Below are positions 54,763 to 64,000 of a stretch of 64,000 bases of DNA, piece by piece. The notes beneath the pieces are model-generated. The model was not told the DNA's origin. It searched no databases and saw only the letters and a list, made by a program, of their open reading frames with translations. Position 1 is the stretch's first letter; every line of letters starts with the position of its first letter. Source of the DNA: an uncultured Lachnospiraceae bacterium (GTDB lineage Bacteria; Bacillota; Clostridia; Lachnospirales; Lachnospiraceae); contig CAJOFN010000001.1 in assembly GCA_905233905.1 (NCBI GenBank), forward strand, positions 266-64,265, written 5' to 3'. The translations under genes were made by a program, and so were the position numbers.

Positions 54763-57201
54763 TCAAACCTCCAATCCCTCTTTTTCGCTGACCTTAACCG
54801 GAACAGATATGTGAACCGGCTTTAAACCGTCAGCAAAGAGACTGACCATTGCCTCTCCTGCTCTGTTTAATGACTTTATATAAAAGGCGCACCTGCCGCC
54901 TCTGAAAACGGTATCGCCTCCTATCAGAGCAGCAGGCCCCTTTATCTCACATCGCAGGTAACCGTCATAGTCCTCGAGTACATTGTCATTCTGATCGAAT
55001 ACCCCGACCCTTACGGCAATAACATCGTAGGTAAGCTCCTCAACAAGCTCGTCCTTGCTGAGCCTGACACCGAGCCTCATGCTGTTGGAGGGTTCTTTTA
55101 TAACGGCAGAAACAACCCTGTCATCCTGTATGGCTTCAAATTTGAAGCTTCTTGTATCACCTGCGTCAAAATACCGGCTGTATATATTATCTAACTTTTC
55201 ATCCGATAGCTTATATATCCTTTTTAAAATGGTGCCTGTTATTCCCATAACCGCTGAATTGGCTCCGGCACCCTTCACCCTTTCATTGAGATACCTGGAA
55301 AGCAGCTTATCCTCCCTGCGATCCATGTCAAGGCGTCCGTCCTCTTCTATTGTATAGTTGTCTATCTCAATAGGACCATGCCTCATTGAAGAGAAAACCG
55401 CTTCAGAGGAAGCATAATCCTTTATGCGGATGCCGTCACAGTACATTGCCACTCTGTCAGCATTGGTGACAATGTATACATTGCCGTAAACTCTGCCCGG
55501 ATTCTGGCGCCTGTTCATATGGGATGAGACAAACAGCACATTGCCCCTGCCGGAGGCTGCGGCATACACCCACGCCGCGTATTTGGGATTGCGGAAGGCA
55601 TCCATAACCCCGTAAGAACGTATCCCATCGTCAGATGCCGTTATCCTCCTTGCGTTATGGTCGCACATATCAGCCCCAAAGCCTCCTGAGATACTATCCT
55701 CAGACGCGATGGAATTAAGTATGGATGCGTGGCACAGCATCTGCGCGGTCATGACCGGTGGGGAAGAGCCCGGCTTTGCAGGTGACTGATAGCCACCGTA
55801 AGAGCTTATGATGTAAGCCTTTTTGCGGTCGGAGGTAACAGCGGCTTTGGGCTGTACAAAGGCTTCCTCCTGGGTGCCTGAATAGTCCTCATAGGCATAC
55901 ACCTCCTCCAAAATCTCCTCCATGCGAAGGGAGGTGGTTGCCGCCGTGTATCTGGAGGGGTCTAAGGTTTTTACTGCCTGATGAAGCTCTTTCTTCCAGT
56001 CTGCGTCCGATACTCCCTGGTATCCAATACCCCACAGCATAACGCTTGGGTGGCTGCGATGAGCCCGCACCATACCGATGGCAGCTTCCATCGCCGCGCC
56101 GCGCCAGTCATCCTCATTATCAAAGGCTCTGCCATAGACATCGCAGAACACCAGCAGACCGTATTTATCACAGGCATCAATAAAATGGGAGGAAGGGGAG
56201 CCGTCACAGCACCTTACGGCATTGCAGCCCAGCTCCTGTTTTAATATCCTTGCATCCTCCGCCTGGATGCTTTTTGGCATAGCAAGACCAACATAGGGCC
56301 AGGTCTGTCTGCGGTTAAGGCCACGGAGGACAAGCCGCCTGCCGTTTAAATAAAACCCTGACGGCTTCCAGGAGAGCATCCTAAAGCCTATAGTCGAAAT
56401 ATCGGTATCTACCGTCTCTCCGTCAAGCCTAAGCTCTGTCTTAAGTTCATAAAGCCGGGGCGATGCCGTATCCCAGATATGCACCTTTCCGGCAAGGGTG
56501 GTCGTGCTTCCATTTGGAGCCAGGGGCTGGTTGGATATCTGTTTCCCGTTCAAAAACTGGCAGATAAAAAGCCTGTGTTCTTCGGCTCTTGCCCTGCCCC
56601 TGTCTGAAAGAGATACAACGGTGGTGATACGGCCGGCAACAGTAACCTCCTGAAGCCTTTTCAAGCTCATTCCCCTGGTCTTGGGAATCTCCTGCAGGGT
56701 AGGGTTTAAAAATATATCGCTCATATACACAGGGTCTCTTGCTTCTATGTAGACATCCCCGTGCAGGCCGCCGAAGGTAACAGCCTCAAGTCCCTTATAA
56801 AAGGGCGGCTGTGGCAGATCAAGCCTTGTATCAAGCTTTACAGTGATGCTGTTGGCTGCGCCGATATTGACAAGCTCCGTAATATCCATGGTAAAGGAAT
56901 TGTATCCGCATGAACTCTCCCCAGCAAAAGAAGAATTGATAAAAACCTCACAGCGGTGGGCTGCCCCCTCAAAGGTGAGCAGCAGCCTCTTCCTTTTCCA
57001 TTCCACTGGAGCCCTGAAGGTCCTTCTGTAACCGCATACCTTATAGACTTCTTTCTCGTCATAATAATGAAACGGCAGCATACATACACTGTGGGGAAGC
57101 CTGACCTCTGTTCCGTCTAAAGCTATCCCCTCTGTTATGCCATCCTGCCATTTATCATAGTACAGCCATTTGTCATTGATGTAACAACGGTTATTAAACA
57201 T
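54763..57201 (-). CDS. glycoside hydrolase family 2-like protein with substituted catalytic glutamates
   Basis: GH2 blocks NAVRC...HPSVMLWGIGYQG and KAYIISSYGG align with HPSV(I/V)xWSxxNE and IIxTEYG of LacZ/GusA. The acid/base position is Gln395 and the nucleophile position is Ser467. Confidence 0.7.
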   Translation of the reverse strand: MFNNRCYINDKWLYYDKWQDGITEGIALDGTEVRLPHSVCMLPFHYYDEKEVYKVCGYRRTFRAPVEWKRKRLLLTFEGAAHRCEVFINSSFAGESSCGYNSFTMDITELVNIGAANSITVKLDTRLDLPQPPFYKGLEAVTFGGLHGDVYIEARDPVYMSDIFLNPTLQEIPKTRGMSLKRLQEVTVAGRITTVVSLSDRGRARAEEHRLFICQFLNGKQISNQPLAPNGSTTTLAGKVHIWDTASPRLYELKTELRLDGETVDTDISTIGFRMLSWKPSGFYLNGRRLVLRGLNRRQTWPYVGLAMPKSIQAEDARILKQELGCNAVRCCDGSPSSHFIDACDKYGLLVFCDVYGRAFDNEDDWRGAAMEAAIGMVRAHRSHPSVMLWGIGYQGVSDADWKKELHQAVKTLDPSRYTAATTSLRMEEILEEVYAYEDYSGTQEEAFVQPKAAVTSDRKKAYIISSYGGYQSPAKPGSSPPVMTAQMLCHASILNSIASEDSISGGFGADMCDHNARRITASDDGIRSYGVMDAFRNPKYAAWVYAAASGRGNVLFVSSHMNRRQNPGRVYGNVYIVTNADRVAMYCDGIRIKDYASSEAVFSSMRHGPIEIDNYTIEEDGRLDMDRREDKLLSRYLNERVKGAGANSAVMGITGTILKRIYKLSDEKLDNIYSRYFDAGDTRSFKFEAIQDDRVVSAVIKEPSNSMRLGVRLSKDELVEELTYDVIAVRVGVFDQNDNVLEDYDGYLRCEIKGPAALIGGDTVFRGGRCAFYIKSLNRAGEAMVSLFADGLKPVHISVPVKVSEKEGLEV

Positions 57202-57206
57202 GAGTA

Positions 57207-58577
57207 TTATCTGTTATACAGAGGTTTTACCTCTTTGTTGAGTACATATCTTACAAAGCAAAGACACATTGTAAGAGAAACAAGCTCTGCCACCGGGAAT
57301 GACCACCATACCAGCTCAACCCTGCCAAACCTCGAAAGGAAATATGCCACGGGAAGCAGCACAAGGAGCTGACGGCTTATGGATACGATCAGTCCGAACT
57401 GGGCATGCTTCATTGACTGGCAGATGGAGATGCTTACTATTGATATCCCGGCAAACAAAAAGCTTATGCTTATTATCCGAAGAGCAGGAACGCCTATGGA
57501 AAGCATGTTCTCGGATGCCGAAAACAGCAGCAGAAGCTTTGCCGGGAATAACTGAAATATCCCAAAGCATGTCCACAGAAGCGCAACTGCCGTGATGGTT
57601 GCTATGCGTATCGTCTGCATAATGCGCTTGGGATTAGCTGCTCCGTAGTTGTAGGAGACTATGGGCATCATCCCGTTGTTGAGGCCAAACACAGGCATGA
57701 AAGCAAAGCTCTGGAGCTTGAAATACACTCCGAATACCGCTACCGCGGTAGAAGAAAATGACACCAGTATCTTGTTCAGACCGAAGGTCATTATTGAGCC
57801 GACCGCGGACATGAATATGGAAGGTATGCCTATACCATAGATGCTTGAAACAATTTCAGGTGAAAATTTGCTTTCCCTGAAGGAGATAGTGATCTCCCTG
57901 TTGTGGAAGACATTTAAGTATACCGCTATTGAAGAACCCAATATCTGTCCGAAAATGGTGGCAAGGGCCGCTCCCGCAACTCCCATTTTGGGGAAAGGGC
58001 CGATCCCGAAGATCAGAAGAGGGTCCATTATTATGTTTGTTATCGCTCCCGCAAGCTGCGTTATCATGGCAAAGAAGGTCTTGCCCGTGGATGTGAGGAT
58101 CTTCTCCAGCATGGTCTGAGCGAACATTCCCACGCCGCATATACCTACTATGGTGGTGTAGGTGACTCCGTATGACACTATCGTGGGATCATCTGTCTGT
58201 ACAGAAAAGAAGGGCTTTGCGATAAGCACGATCAGTACCGCAAATATCACATAGTGAATAGCCGCAAGCCTCAGGCCATGAACCGCAACAGAATTGGCTC
58301 TGTCGAATTTCTTCTCTCCGAGATGACGGGATACCAGGGAATTAACGCCTACTCCCGTACCCACACCGAAGGATATCATAAGATTCTGGATGGGGAATGC
58401 CAGAGAAACTGCCGTCAAGGCATCCTCTGAAAGCATGGCAACGAAAACAGAATCCACGATATTATACATGGCCTGTACCAGCATGGATACCATCATAGGG
58501 GTCGACATTGTAAGCAGAAGCTTTCCTATGGGCTCGACCCCCATTTTATTTTCTTTGACTGTTTCTGTTGTTTCCAT
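57207..58577 (-). CDS. MATE-family efflux transporter
   Basis: 456 aa, 12 TM helices. N-terminal GKLLLTMSTPMMVSMLVQAMYNIVDSVFV is typical of MATE/NorM. Confidence 0.85.
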   Translation of the reverse strand: METTETVKENKMGVEPIGKLLLTMSTPMMVSMLVQAMYNIVDSVFVAMLSEDALTAVSLAFPIQNLMISFGVGTGVGVNSLVSRHLGEKKFDRANSVAVHGLRLAAIHYVIFAVLIVLIAKPFFSVQTDDPTIVSYGVTYTTIVGICGVGMFAQTMLEKILTSTGKTFFAMITQLAGAITNIIMDPLLIFGIGPFPKMGVAGAALATIFGQILGSSIAVYLNVFHNREITISFRESKFSPEIVSSIYGIGIPSIFMSAVGSIMTFGLNKILVSFSSTAVAVFGVYFKLQSFAFMPVFGLNNGMMPIVSYNYGAANPKRIMQTIRIATITAVALLWTCFGIFQLFPAKLLLLFSASENMLSIGVPALRIISISFLFAGISIVSISICQSMKHAQFGLIVSISRQLLVLLPVAYFLSRFGRVELVWWSFPVAELVSLTMCLCFVRYVLNKEVKPLYNR

Positions 58578-61231
58578 CAGCCTACCATTTCTTTTATTAC
58601 ATTCTCAGCCTCGGCAAGGGCATCATCTATGCCTGCCAGATTCTTGCCTCCTGCCTGTGCCATGCCGGGGCGTCCGCCTCCGCCTCCGCCTACAAGGGAA
58701 GCTATGCGTTTTATGAGGTTGCCTGCATGGGCTCCCTTTGCCTGGGCTTCGTCGGTTGCCATGGCAAGAAGATTAACCTTGCCTCCGTCGGCTGAAGCCA
58801 ATACGATTATGCCTTCTCCAATGCGGTTCTTGATGTCGTCCCCGAGACCCCGAAGATCCTTGCCGCCTACGCCATCAAGCTTCCTTAGTACGACAGACAC
58901 GCCGCCTATTTCCTTTGTTCCTTCTGATACATCACCAAGCGCGTCAAGGGCTTTGGCAGCCTTTAGGCTTTCGAGTTCACGGGAAAGAGCTTTTATCTCA
59001 CCTGTAAGCGCCTCTATCCGCTCGGCAAGTCCGGCAGGAGTGGTCTTAAGAAGCGCCGCTGCCCGGATGGCAGCCTTTTCTATGCCTCTGTAATGCTCAA
59101 GGACAGCGCTTCCGGTAATAGCCTCTATACGCCTTGTGCCGCTGGCTATGCCTGATTCTGAAATTATCTTAAACGCGGTAATGTCCGAGGTATTTGCAAC
59201 ATGGGTACCGCCGCAAAGCTCTGTAGAGTAATCTCCCATGGAAACCACCCGCACTTCATCACCGTATTTCTCACCGAAAAGCGCCATAGCGCCGCTCTTC
59301 TTTGCCTCATCCAGGGTCATGATACGGGTTACCACGTCTACGCCCTTTGCTATGCGCTCGTTTACAAGCTTTTCGACCCTTTCAAGCTCCTCTTCGGACA
59401 TTGCCGAAAAATGAGTGAAGTCGAATCTCAGCCTCTCATCCGTAACAAGGCTTCCTGCCTGCTGTACATGCTCTCCCAACACCTCACGGAGAGCTCTCTG
59501 GAGAAGATGGGTGGCGCTGTGGTTCCTGGCGATGGAAGCACGTCTGGCTGAGTCAACCTCTAAACTGACATCATCGCCCAGGCTAAAGCAGCCCTTTGTC
59601 ACCTTTCCTACATGCCCTACCTTGCCGCCGGCAAGACCTATGGTGTCAGCCACCTCAAAAACAGCATCCCCTGCGTTGATAAGGCCTGTATCGCCCGTCT
59701 GTCCGCCCATTGTGGCATAGAAAGGCGTATCCTCTGTGATGATCGTGCCTGTTTCCCCGATATTAAGGACCGCTACGACCTCCTCTTCGCCTGTCAGGGC
59801 TGTTATACGTGATCTGCCTGTAAGATGGTCGTAACCGATAAAGCATGAGGTGATGGCAGGATCAAGCTCATCATAAACAGAGGCGTCCTTGCCCATGTAG
59901 TTGGTCTCCTTGCGAGCGGCACGAGCTGTGGCTCTCTGCCTGTCCATTGCCTCATCAAAACCCTTAAGATCTACCTCAAAACCGCTCTCGGATAATATCT
60001 CCCTTGTAAGATCAAGGGGGAAACCATAGGTATCGTACAGCCTGAAGGCATCCTCTCCATCTAAGGTATCCTTGCCCCCAGCTTTAAGCTTTGAAGTCAG
60101 GTCATCTAAAATAGCAAGTCCCTGATCTATGGTGTGATTGAATTTGTCCTCTTCCTCTGATAAAACCTTGAAGATGAACTGCTGCTTGTCTGAAAGCTCC
60201 GGATAGCCGTCCTTGCTCTCACTTATGACCGTAGCTGAAAGCTCTGCCAAAAACAGGCCGTCTATCCCCAATATCCTGCCATGACGGGCAGCCCTTCTGA
60301 TGAGGCGACGCAGTACATAGCCCCTTCCTTCGTTGGAAGGTAATATTCCGTCACAGACCATGAAGGTCGCGGAACGGATATGGTCGGTGATAAGACGGAT
60401 GGAAACATCGTCATCCTCGTTGGTCTGATAGGTCTTTGAGGAAAGCTCGCAGATCTTGTCACGGATAGCCTTCATGGTATCTATGTCAAAGACGGAATCA
60501 ACGTCCTGCATCACAACCGCAAGTCTCTCCAAACCCATACCGGTATCTATGTTCTTCTGGGTAAGCTCTGTGTAGTTGCCCTTGCCGTCACCGTCGAACT
60601 GGGTGAATACGTTGTTCCAGACCTCCATGTAACGGTCACAATCACAGCCTACGCCGCAGGTGGGCTTGCCGCAGCCGTAGCGTTCTCCCCTGTCGTAATA
60701 TACCTCTGAACAGGGACCGCAAGGTCCTGCGCCATGCTCCCAGAAATTGTCGCACTCCCCGGTCTCTGGGTCGCGGTAAAAGCGCTTTATCCTGTCAGCT
60801 TCTATGCCTATATCTTCGTGCCAGATCGCAAAAGCTTCCTCATCCTCCCCGTAAATGGATGGATACAGGCGGTCAGGCGAAAGCCCTAAGACCTCTGTAA
60901 GATATTCCCAGGTCCAATGGATGGCTTCCTTCTTGAAGTAATCGCCAAATGAAAAATTACCAAGCATCTCAAAGAAGGTAAGATGTCTGGCAGTCCTGCC
61001 TACATTGTCAATATCCCCGGTACGGATGCATTTCTGGCAGGTACATACCCGCTTCCTGGGCGGAATCTCCCTGCCTGTGAAATAAGGCTTTAAGGGAGCC
61101 ATTCCGGCATTGATCAGAAGAAGACTCTTGTCATTGTCCGGGATCAGAGAAAAGCTTGGCATGGCAAGGTGATCCTTGCTCTCAAAAAATTCCAGAAAGC
61201 TGCGCCTTAATTCATTAACTCCACTGATCAT
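58577..61231 (-). CDS. alaS: alanine--tRNA ligase
   Basis: 884 aa with class II motifs, an editing-domain HxxxH (HSATHLL) and a C-terminal DHHA1 region. Confidence 0.95.
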   Translation of the reverse strand: MISGVNELRRSFLEFFESKDHLAMPSFSLIPDNDKSLLLINAGMAPLKPYFTGREIPPRKRVCTCQKCIRTGDIDNVGRTARHLTFFEMLGNFSFGDYFKKEAIHWTWEYLTEVLGLSPDRLYPSIYGEDEEAFAIWHEDIGIEADRIKRFYRDPETGECDNFWEHGAGPCGPCSEVYYDRGERYGCGKPTCGVGCDCDRYMEVWNNVFTQFDGDGKGNYTELTQKNIDTGMGLERLAVVMQDVDSVFDIDTMKAIRDKICELSSKTYQTNEDDDVSIRLITDHIRSATFMVCDGILPSNEGRGYVLRRLIRRAARHGRILGIDGLFLAELSATVISESKDGYPELSDKQQFIFKVLSEEEDKFNHTIDQGLAILDDLTSKLKAGGKDTLDGEDAFRLYDTYGFPLDLTREILSESGFEVDLKGFDEAMDRQRATARAARKETNYMGKDASVYDELDPAITSCFIGYDHLTGRSRITALTGEEEVVAVLNIGETGTIITEDTPFYATMGGQTGDTGLINAGDAVFEVADTIGLAGGKVGHVGKVTKGCFSLGDDVSLEVDSARRASIARNHSATHLLQRALREVLGEHVQQAGSLVTDERLRFDFTHFSAMSEEELERVEKLVNERIAKGVDVVTRIMTLDEAKKSGAMALFGEKYGDEVRVVSMGDYSTELCGGTHVANTSDITAFKIISESGIASGTRRIEAITGSAVLEHYRGIEKAAIRAAALLKTTPAGLAERIEALTGEIKALSRELESLKAAKALDALGDVSEGTKEIGGVSVVLRKLDGVGGKDLRGLGDDIKNRIGEGIIVLASADGGKVNLLAMATDEAQAKGAHAGNLIKRIASLVGGGGGGRPGMAQAGGKNLAGIDDALAEAENVIKEMVG

Positions 61232-61232
61232 C

Positions 61233-61367
61233 TCACTTACCCTCTGCCTGCTCTGAATGTTTACGCTTGCTGAGGCGGTAACCTACATAGCCTCCGCAAA
61301 GTCCCAATGCCACAAGGCAAACCATTTCTATCACATAGCTGATAAAGCTGCTTATAAATGCACTCAT
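61233..61367 (-). CDS. 44-aa small membrane protein translationally coupled to alaS
   Basis: Below the ORF-track cutoff. AAGGAG-N7-ATG. The product is [44 protein letters not shown]. Its TGA stop is 1 nt before the alaS ATG. Confidence 0.4.
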   Translation of the reverse strand: MSAFISSFISYVIEMVCLVALGLCGGYVGYRLSKRKHSEQAEGK

Positions 61368-61416
61368 CTGATAACTCCTTTGTTCTTAAGATTTGTTCAG
61401 ATAAAACTCAAAGTGT

Positions 61417-61425
61417 ATTATATCA
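61417..61425 (-). promoter_or_regulatory. extended -10 (TGaTATAAT) upstream of the small ORF and alaS
   Basis: Minus strand reads cctgTGaTATAATac. The leader to the small ORF is only about 45 nt. Confidence 0.4.
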
Positions 61426-61440
61426 CAGGCATAGGGGTTT

Positions 61441-61469
61441 TTGTATTTTTTTTTACTATATGTTATGAT
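61441..61469 (+). promoter_or_regulatory. candidate promoter TTGTAT-N17-(TGt)TATGAT for but
   Basis: -35 at 61441-61446 and -10 at 61464-61469, 45 nt upstream of the but ATG. Confidence 0.4.
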
Positions 61470-61514
61470 GGTAGCCGGGTTCAAAATTATAAATATATTT
61501 ATGGAGGAAAGATT

Positions 61515-62855
61515 ATGAACTATGAAAAAGAATATCAGCAGAAGCTGGTATCCGCAGACGAAGCTGTAAAATGTGTCAAATCCGGCGACTGGGTTGACTA
61601 CGGCTGGTGCGCAGGCACCCCTGAGGCTTTGGATAAGGCTCTCGCGGGCCGTACAGACGAGCTTCAGGATGTAAAGATCCGCGGTGGAATCCTTTTCCAC
61701 ACCCCCGCCATTTTTGACAGGGAGGACGCAGGCGAGCATTTCTGCTGGAACTCCTGGCATATGAGCGGAGTAGAGCGCAAGCTTATAAACCGCGGTCTGT
61801 CATATTACGCGCCCTTGAAATATTCCGAGCTTCCCAAATATTACCGCAAATACATTGAGCATCCCAATGTTGCAATGTTCCAGGTTGCTCCTATGGATGC
61901 CCACGGATATTTCAACTTCGGTCCCAGCGCTTCCCATATGATGGCTGTCTGTGAAACCGCCGACAAGATCATCGTAGAGGTGAACAAGAACATGCCCCGA
62001 TGCCTCGGAGGTTTTGAAGCCGATATCCATATCAGTCAGGTTGACATGATAGTTGAGGGCGACAACCCTGCCATCGGCGAGCTTCCCGCGGGGGGCGCTC
62101 CCACAGAGGTAGATAAGAAGGTAGCAGAGTTAGTTGTTTCAGAGATCCCCAACGGCGCATGCCTGCAGCTTGGCATAGGCTCCATGCCCAACACCATCGG
62201 CCAGATGATAGCCGAATCCGATCTCAAGGATCTTGGCGTTCATACCGAGATGTACGTGGACGCCTTTGTTGACATCGCCAACGCAGGCAAGATCACCGGC
62301 GCCAAAAAGAGCATAGATCGTTTCAGACAGGCCTTCGCCTTCGGTGCCGGCACAAAGAAGCTTTACGACTATGTCAATGACAATCCTGCCATAATGAGCG
62401 CGCCTGTTGATTATACCAACGACGCAAGGGTTATCGGACAGATAGACAATTTCGTCTCCATCAACAACGCGGTGGATGTGGATCTTTACGGACAGATCTC
62501 CGCAGAGTCCTCAGGAATACGCCAGATCTCCGGAGCCGGCGGACAGATGGACTTTGTGCTTGGCGCATATCTGTCAGATGGCGGCAAAAGCTTTATCTGT
62601 CTCTCTTCCACCTTTACCGACAAGCAGGGGGTTGCGCACAGCCGGATAAGACCTACTCTTGTCGAAGGCTCTGCCGTTACCGATACCAGACCCCAGACAA
62701 TGTACCTGGTTACGGAGTACGGTATGATCAATCTCAAGGGTATGTCCGCATGGGAGAGGGCAGAAGCCATTATCTCAATAGCGCATCCCGATTTCAGGGA
62801 CGACCTGATAAAGGAAGCCGAAAAGATGAACATCTGGAGAAGATCGAACAGATAA
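61515..62855 (+). CDS. but: butyryl-CoA:acetate CoA-transferase (acetyl-CoA hydrolase/transferase family)
   Basis: Start at [31 protein letters not shown], preceded by GGAGGAAAG. The sequence closely resembles the Roseburia/E. rectale But enzymes as I recall them, including the C-terminal [27 protein letters not shown]. Confidence 0.85.
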   Translation: MNYEKEYQQKLVSADEAVKCVKSGDWVDYGWCAGTPEALDKALAGRTDELQDVKIRGGILFHTPAIFDREDAGEHFCWNSWHMSGVERKLINRGLSYYAPLKYSELPKYYRKYIEHPNVAMFQVAPMDAHGYFNFGPSASHMMAVCETADKIIVEVNKNMPRCLGGFEADIHISQVDMIVEGDNPAIGELPAGGAPTEVDKKVAELVVSEIPNGACLQLGIGSMPNTIGQMIAESDLKDLGVHTEMYVDAFVDIANAGKITGAKKSIDRFRQAFAFGAGTKKLYDYVNDNPAIMSAPVDYTNDARVIGQIDNFVSINNAVDVDLYGQISAESSGIRQISGAGGQMDFVLGAYLSDGGKSFICLSSTFTDKQGVAHSRIRPTLVEGSAVTDTRPQTMYLVTEYGMINLKGMSAWERAEAIISIAHPDFRDDLIKEAEKMNIWRRSNR

Positions 62856-62860
62856 ACAGG

Positions 62861-62900
62861 AAAAAAGCCTGCCGCGAAGCCAAACGCGGCAGGCTTTTTT
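62861..62900. terminator. bidirectional intrinsic terminator between the convergent but and MCP genes
   Basis: A6-GCCTGCCGCG-aagccaaa-CGCGGCAGGC-T6. This is a perfect 10-bp stem flanked by A and T runs. Confidence 0.85.
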
Positions 62901-62922
62901 ATTATCGTATGAATGATCATAC

Positions 62923-64000
62923 TTATTCATCTGAAAGATTGAACTGGCTTACTATGCTGGAAAGATCGTCAGATACGCTCTTCTGTTCCACTGCCATATC
63001 TGATACGTCATCCACCATTCCCGACACCTCATTGACAGTCTCCGTAACCTCTGAGGATGAGCTTGCTGTCTCTGTGGCGGATTCTGCTATGCTGGCAACA
63101 GCAGCATTGACCTGTTCCATGGATTCCTTGATGTAGTCCACCATCTCAGCAACCTGCTCTGACATCTGACCAAAGGACTGGGCATCCTCTCCGTACTGGC
63201 GTCCTATCTCAATGAAGTTGTCGTAGTCAGGAGTAACCGTCTCCTGTACAAAGGACAGAAGCTGACCGGAGCTCTCATCAAGCGAGGTGAAGGCCTCCTG
63301 TATGGCGCTGATGGTCTCCTGAATCCTGTCAACTGCCTCCTTTGTCTCCATTGCGAGGTTGTTGATCTCACTTGCTACTACTGCAAAGCCCTTGCCGTGC
63401 TCACCTGCTCTGGCTGCCTCTATGGATGCGTTCAGGGAGAGGAGGTTGATCTGGCTGGCAATATCCGCGATGGAATCCGCCAAAGTCCCTATCTCTTCAA
63501 CAACCTTTGCCTTTTCGGAGGCTTCCTTAAGCTCCCTTCCGCGCTGTTCGGCAATGGCAATGGCGTTGGCGCTTGACTGCTTGCTGTTCTTGACTATCTC
63601 CCTGGCTCTTGCCTGAATCTTTTCAACCTCTTCGGCGGTCTTCTCTGTCTCCTCTGCAAGACGCATGACAGATGCATTTACCTCATTGGCTGAAGCCGAC
63701 ACCTGCTCCGTCGCCGCGCCGGTATTGGTCATGGCATCATTAACACGGATCATTGAATCCTGAATGTTGGAGAAGCGGCTGCTTAGGCTGACAGCCACCT
63801 GATCAAGCTGATTCGAGGATGTATTTACCTTGCCAGAACCAATAGAGATATTGCGTATAACATCGCTGTTGTTCTCATACATCTCGTTTAGAGAGTCACT
63901 CATCTGACCAATCTCATCCCTGCGGGATATGGATATCTTGTCTACGGTAAAGTCTCCTCCCGCGAGGTCCTTGGCAAATTTGCGAACCTGCCTCATGGCG
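62923..64000 (-). CDS. methyl-accepting chemotaxis protein (5' end beyond the window)
   Basis: HAMP segment followed by a signalling domain with the highly conserved hairpin [36 protein letters not shown]. The frame is open to position 64000. Confidence 0.9.
   Translation of the reverse strand, partial: AMRQVRKFAKDLAGGDFTVDKISISRRDEIGQMSDSLNEMYENNSDVIRNISIGSGKVNTSSNQLDQVAVSLSSRFSNIQDSMIRVNDAMTNTGAATEQVSASANEVNASVMRLAEETEKTAEEVEKIQARAREIVKNSKQSSANAIAIAEQRGRELKEASEKAKVVEEIGTLADSIADIASQINLLSLNASIEAARAGEHGKGFAVVASEINNLAMETKEAVDRIQETISAIQEAFTSLDESSGQLLSFVQETVTPDYDNFIEIGRQYGEDAQSFGQMSEQVAEMVDYIKESMEQVNAAVASIAESATETASSSSEVTETVNEVSGMVDDVSDMAVEQKSVSDDLSSIVSQFNLSDE

Noticed and set aside
61257-61514. 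The 86-codon N-terminal extension of the but ORF given in the track.
   Set aside because: The homologous CoA-transferase N-terminus begins at [11 protein letters not shown] (61515), directly after GGAGGAAAG. The extension runs through the divergent promoter region and antisense to the 44-aa ORF, and it translates to implausible sequence.
61368-61514. A T-box leader upstream of alaS. The same question applies upstream of proS at 36458..36488.
   Set aside because: The available untranslated space is about 45 nt for alaS and about 30 nt for proS. That is far too short for a T-box of roughly 200 nt, and no AGAGA / T-box (AAnnnGGGTGGTACCGCG) sequence was seen.
1-64000. CRISPR arrays, insertion sequences, prophage or toxin-antitoxin modules.
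   Set aside because: I saw no regularly spaced direct repeats, no transposase/integrase/recombinase-like translation, no terminal inverted repeats and no small adjacent TA-like gene pairs on either strand.

Overview
This 64-kb window is chromosomal DNA from a Firmicutes/Clostridia genome. The butyryl-CoA:acetate CoA-transferase gene, a chemoreceptor and a YjfB-like gene suggest a motile, butyrate-producing Lachnospiraceae-like organism. All calls were made by eye from translations and motifs; no database search was run.

About 60 CDS are present, and more than 90% lie on the minus strand. They are very tightly packed, with many 1-11 nt start/stop overlaps. No transposase, integrase, CRISPR array or rRNA was seen.

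**Housekeeping content, left to right:**
- Kv-type K+ channel (partial), a D-Ala-D-Ala carboxypeptidase, lysC, hom and prfB (programmed +1 frameshift).
- aroK-aroD-aroE, then aroF(DAHP synthase)-ogg-sodA.
- A DUF2974 hydrolase, a HAD hydrolase, a GH32 sucrase, tRNA-Gly(CCC) and azlCD.
- pgm-murI, an SbcE/SbcF-like ATPase/nuclease pair and a GH13 amylase.
- The conserved ftsH-hpt-tilS-divIC-S4-hup block, a PEGA lipoprotein, cca and proS.
- An OmpR-type two-component system, a FIST-like hybrid kinase and larB-larC.
- ctpA-ftsX-ftsE, a PucR regulator, an SH3b-NlpC/P60 hydrolase and trxB.
- cvfB, a GH2-like protein, a MATE pump, alaS, but, and an MCP (partial).

**Most interesting parts:**
1. A minimal Tad/Flp-like operon at 38350-41779. 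It encodes a secretion ATPase, a fused TadB/C-like platform and several tiny Flp-like peptides that have no leader peptide. No prepilin peptidase is in the window. Three of the peptides are below the ORF-track cutoff.
2. A CotH kinase - DUF4956 membrane protein - VTC (polyphosphate-polymerase-like) module, fused onto pgm-murI.
3. A GH2-family protein in which both catalytic glutamates appear substituted.
4. ftsX, whose conserved N-terminus lies upstream of any canonical start codon.
5. A prfB frameshift site that uses UAA instead of UGA.
6. WalR-type TGTWAH repeats at the NlpC/P60 promoter.
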